From NCBI GenBank assembly GCA_030141605.1, contig JAQGDQ010000215.1:124001-188000 (forward strand): DNA of 64,000 nucleotides. The letters run 5' to 3'. A program made the translations under genes and the position numbers. Positions 63,501-64,000 of this stretch are shown here, piece by piece (position 1 is the stretch's first letter; each line of letters opens with the position of its first letter). The stretch is from Tubiluchus corallicola. Taxonomy: Eukaryota; Animalia; Priapulida. The notes beneath the pieces are model-generated. The model was not told the origin of the DNA. It worked only from the letters and a program-made list of their open reading frames with translations, and did not search any database.

Positions 63501-63534
63501 TGACAGCAGCCCAAAATCCGGTGTAAGAAGCTGG
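40930..63534 (+). CDS. PKD1: Polycystin-1 orthologue, 3'-partial (19 exons, about 2647 codons in window)
   Basis: Exons 40930-41132, 43573-43644, 44869-45035, 46239-46361, 47219-51327, 52645-52800, 54061-54358, 55122-55291, 55741-55904, 56108-56261, 56521-56643, 56775-57769, 58807-59059, 59673-59868, 60202-60388, 60822-60943, 61552-61757, 62525-62653, 63421-63534; frame continuous. Domain order: signal peptide, LRRNT (CPVDCSC), 72-nt LRR exon, LRRCT (NPWDCVC), WSC-like, about 12 PKD repeats, REJ, GAIN/GPS (CQYYD..W..VCFYSHL/T at 58994-59002), TM1, PLAT/LH2 (GAFQRNGVDQF..KIHVWHDNTGLYPDWFL), TM2-3 (DRHIWVSV..FTFVQRLTCC). Confidence 0.93.
41248..43504. repeat. 42-bp tandem minisatellite, about 53 copies (PKD1 intron 1)
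   Basis: Unit aggcatgttaatgtagtatgattttgatgtagtctagcctga. Confidence 0.98.
43820..44155. repeat. 68-bp tandem repeat, about 5 copies
   Basis: Unit cagtttctttcaagctaattgtggcacaactctaataagtgactccagtattgaatttccattgttc(a/g). Confidence 0.93.
45176..46183 (+). mobile_element. MITE family A copy 3, split by a LINE insertion
   Basis: cagtggcggctcat at 45176; the right end acctatacacgaaccaccactg resumes at 46162 after the insert. Confidence 0.85.
45667..46151 (-). mobile_element. 5'-truncated RTE-clade LINE with 10-bp TSD gttccacagt
   Basis: QVRWTGHVIRMPDNHIPKKLFYGEL..GRPKKCYKD..DRSAWR (RTE ORF C-terminus), a frameshifted CxxC..H zinc finger and a catcatc 3' tail; TSD at 45657-45666 and 46152-46161. 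Confidence 0.9.
47219..51327 (+). CDS. PKD1: Giant 4109-nt PKD1 exon: WSC-like domain, about 12 PKD repeats and start of REJ
   Basis: Corresponds to the 1397-aa ORF. Acceptor ttttgtag ends at 47218; donor gtgagt starts at 51328. Repeated W(N/K)FGD, SH(T/R)(Y/F) and SNxVS PKD motifs; LVLDGSKSYDPD in REJ. Confidence 0.93.
51479..52415 (-). mobile_element. Degenerate Tc1/mariner-like element
   Basis: Imperfect TIRs atcaggtggcggaaaagaatgcgccaaagttt / aaacttcgacacatttgtttctgcactacctgat; minus-strand remnant KRLLLVCFENGGH resembling a transposase C-terminus. Confidence 0.6.
53339..53848 (-). mobile_element. Internally deleted Tc1/mariner-superfamily transposon, about 60-bp TIRs, TA TSD
   Basis: TA-cagggtgtctatgaagtctctttaca... 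/ ...tgtaaagagactttatagacgccctg-TA; encodes MGTPQEKAQCVSWFIETKSYMQAQQNYRTKYARDPP (DUF4817-like transposase N-terminal HTH). Confidence 0.88.
54478..55050 (+). mobile_element. MITE family A copy 4
   Basis: Colinear with the other copies (gttaaaattagtggggc...cagaaaatttttagccattgttttaatactgtgtaaaa...); ends degenerate. Confidence 0.8.
57802..58589. mobile_element. pogo/Tigger-like MITE family B copy 2 (inverted relative to copy 1)
   Basis: TA-cagcaaatcctcgcttaa ... ttaaacgaggacttgctg; internal gtttttgcttcctgactg is the reverse complement of copy 1 sequence. Confidence 0.82.
59155..59539. mobile_element. hAT-type MITE with 8-bp TSD cttgattg
   Basis: Perfect TIR cagggcctatttca / tgaaataggccctg; exact TSD at 59147-59154 and 59540-59547. 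Confidence 0.9.
60391..60740. repeat. (GA)n microsatellites and polypurine low-complexity tract
   Basis: Two (GA)n runs and repeated ggatgttgtgtgtgagaaagagg units immediately after the donor at 60389. Confidence 0.92.
61045..61387. mobile_element. Tc1/mariner-type MITE family C copy 2
   Basis: cttatatctcggtttgccggac / gtccggcaaaccgagatgtaag; shares gtattagactcacggtaatgt with copy 1. Confidence 0.78.
61801..62389 (-). mobile_element. hAT deletion derivative retaining a transposase dimerisation-domain remnant
   Basis: Ends caggggcatagc / gctacgtgactg; homologous to 19272-19602; minus-strand MGEDRLSGLALLFIEKELA at about 62180-62237. Confidence 0.8.
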
Positions 63535-64000
63535 GTAAGATATTTGTTATGGCAATTTTTTAAATAAAGCTAGGGCTCCATGCGTAATGCGGAATATATG
63601 ATACGTAATCCGTAATGTTTGATGTGTATTGACTGTTTCCTCGTGTCGTTGAATGCTATGCATTTTGAGACAAAGCTCATAGTGCTCTTTCCATCATTTT
63701 TGGCTCCTGTCTGTGTGAGAACTGCAAGTAATAAATTTTGGAAATCCTAAATTTTCGAAATTTAATCATGATAATTACGGCAGTGGCATTAGCTTGTCAT
63801 TGTATTATTAGATGCAAAAATGGAAGCACAAGTTTTGGGTGCACAACATTTTACGGGGGGGGGGGGGGGTGGAGAGAACAACACAGCGCGTGCAACCATT
63901 TAGTGAAAAAGCTGTAACTAGATGCATAATGCATAATTATATCCTTCCACCCCTCAAAAAGTCAAATAGAAGAAACATTATTGTTTGTACATCTTGAAGT

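Overview
AT-rich, intron-rich animal genomic DNA. An invertebrate deuterostome/chordate such as a tunicate is plausible but not provable from sequence. Three spliced genes lie on the + strand: the 3' two-thirds of a Na+/Ca2+ exchanger (SLC8/NCX; 10 exons, 3962-17545), a complete 16-exon IFT70/TTC30 (fleer/DYF-1) gene (21463-36545, 649 aa), and the first 19 exons of a polycystin-1 (PKD1) orthologue (40930 to beyond the window end). I traced all exon boundaries by eye to GT-AG sites, and the reading frames are continuous. Introns contain tandem arrays and many transposon relics: hAT, pogo/Tigger, mariner and piggyBac-type MITEs, RTE and other LINE fragments, and a Penelope fragment with a decayed hammerhead ribozyme. 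The most unusual signal is in polycystin-1: two loop insertions, each bounded by a pair of furin/proprotein-convertase-type sites, which could excise small peptides and fragment the ectodomain in addition to GPS autoproteolysis. The protein also lacks the C-type lectin and LDL-A modules and has an overlapping uORF. Other leads are a MITE carrying an RFX X-box-like motif in both ciliary genes and a candidate 15-nt microexon in NCX.
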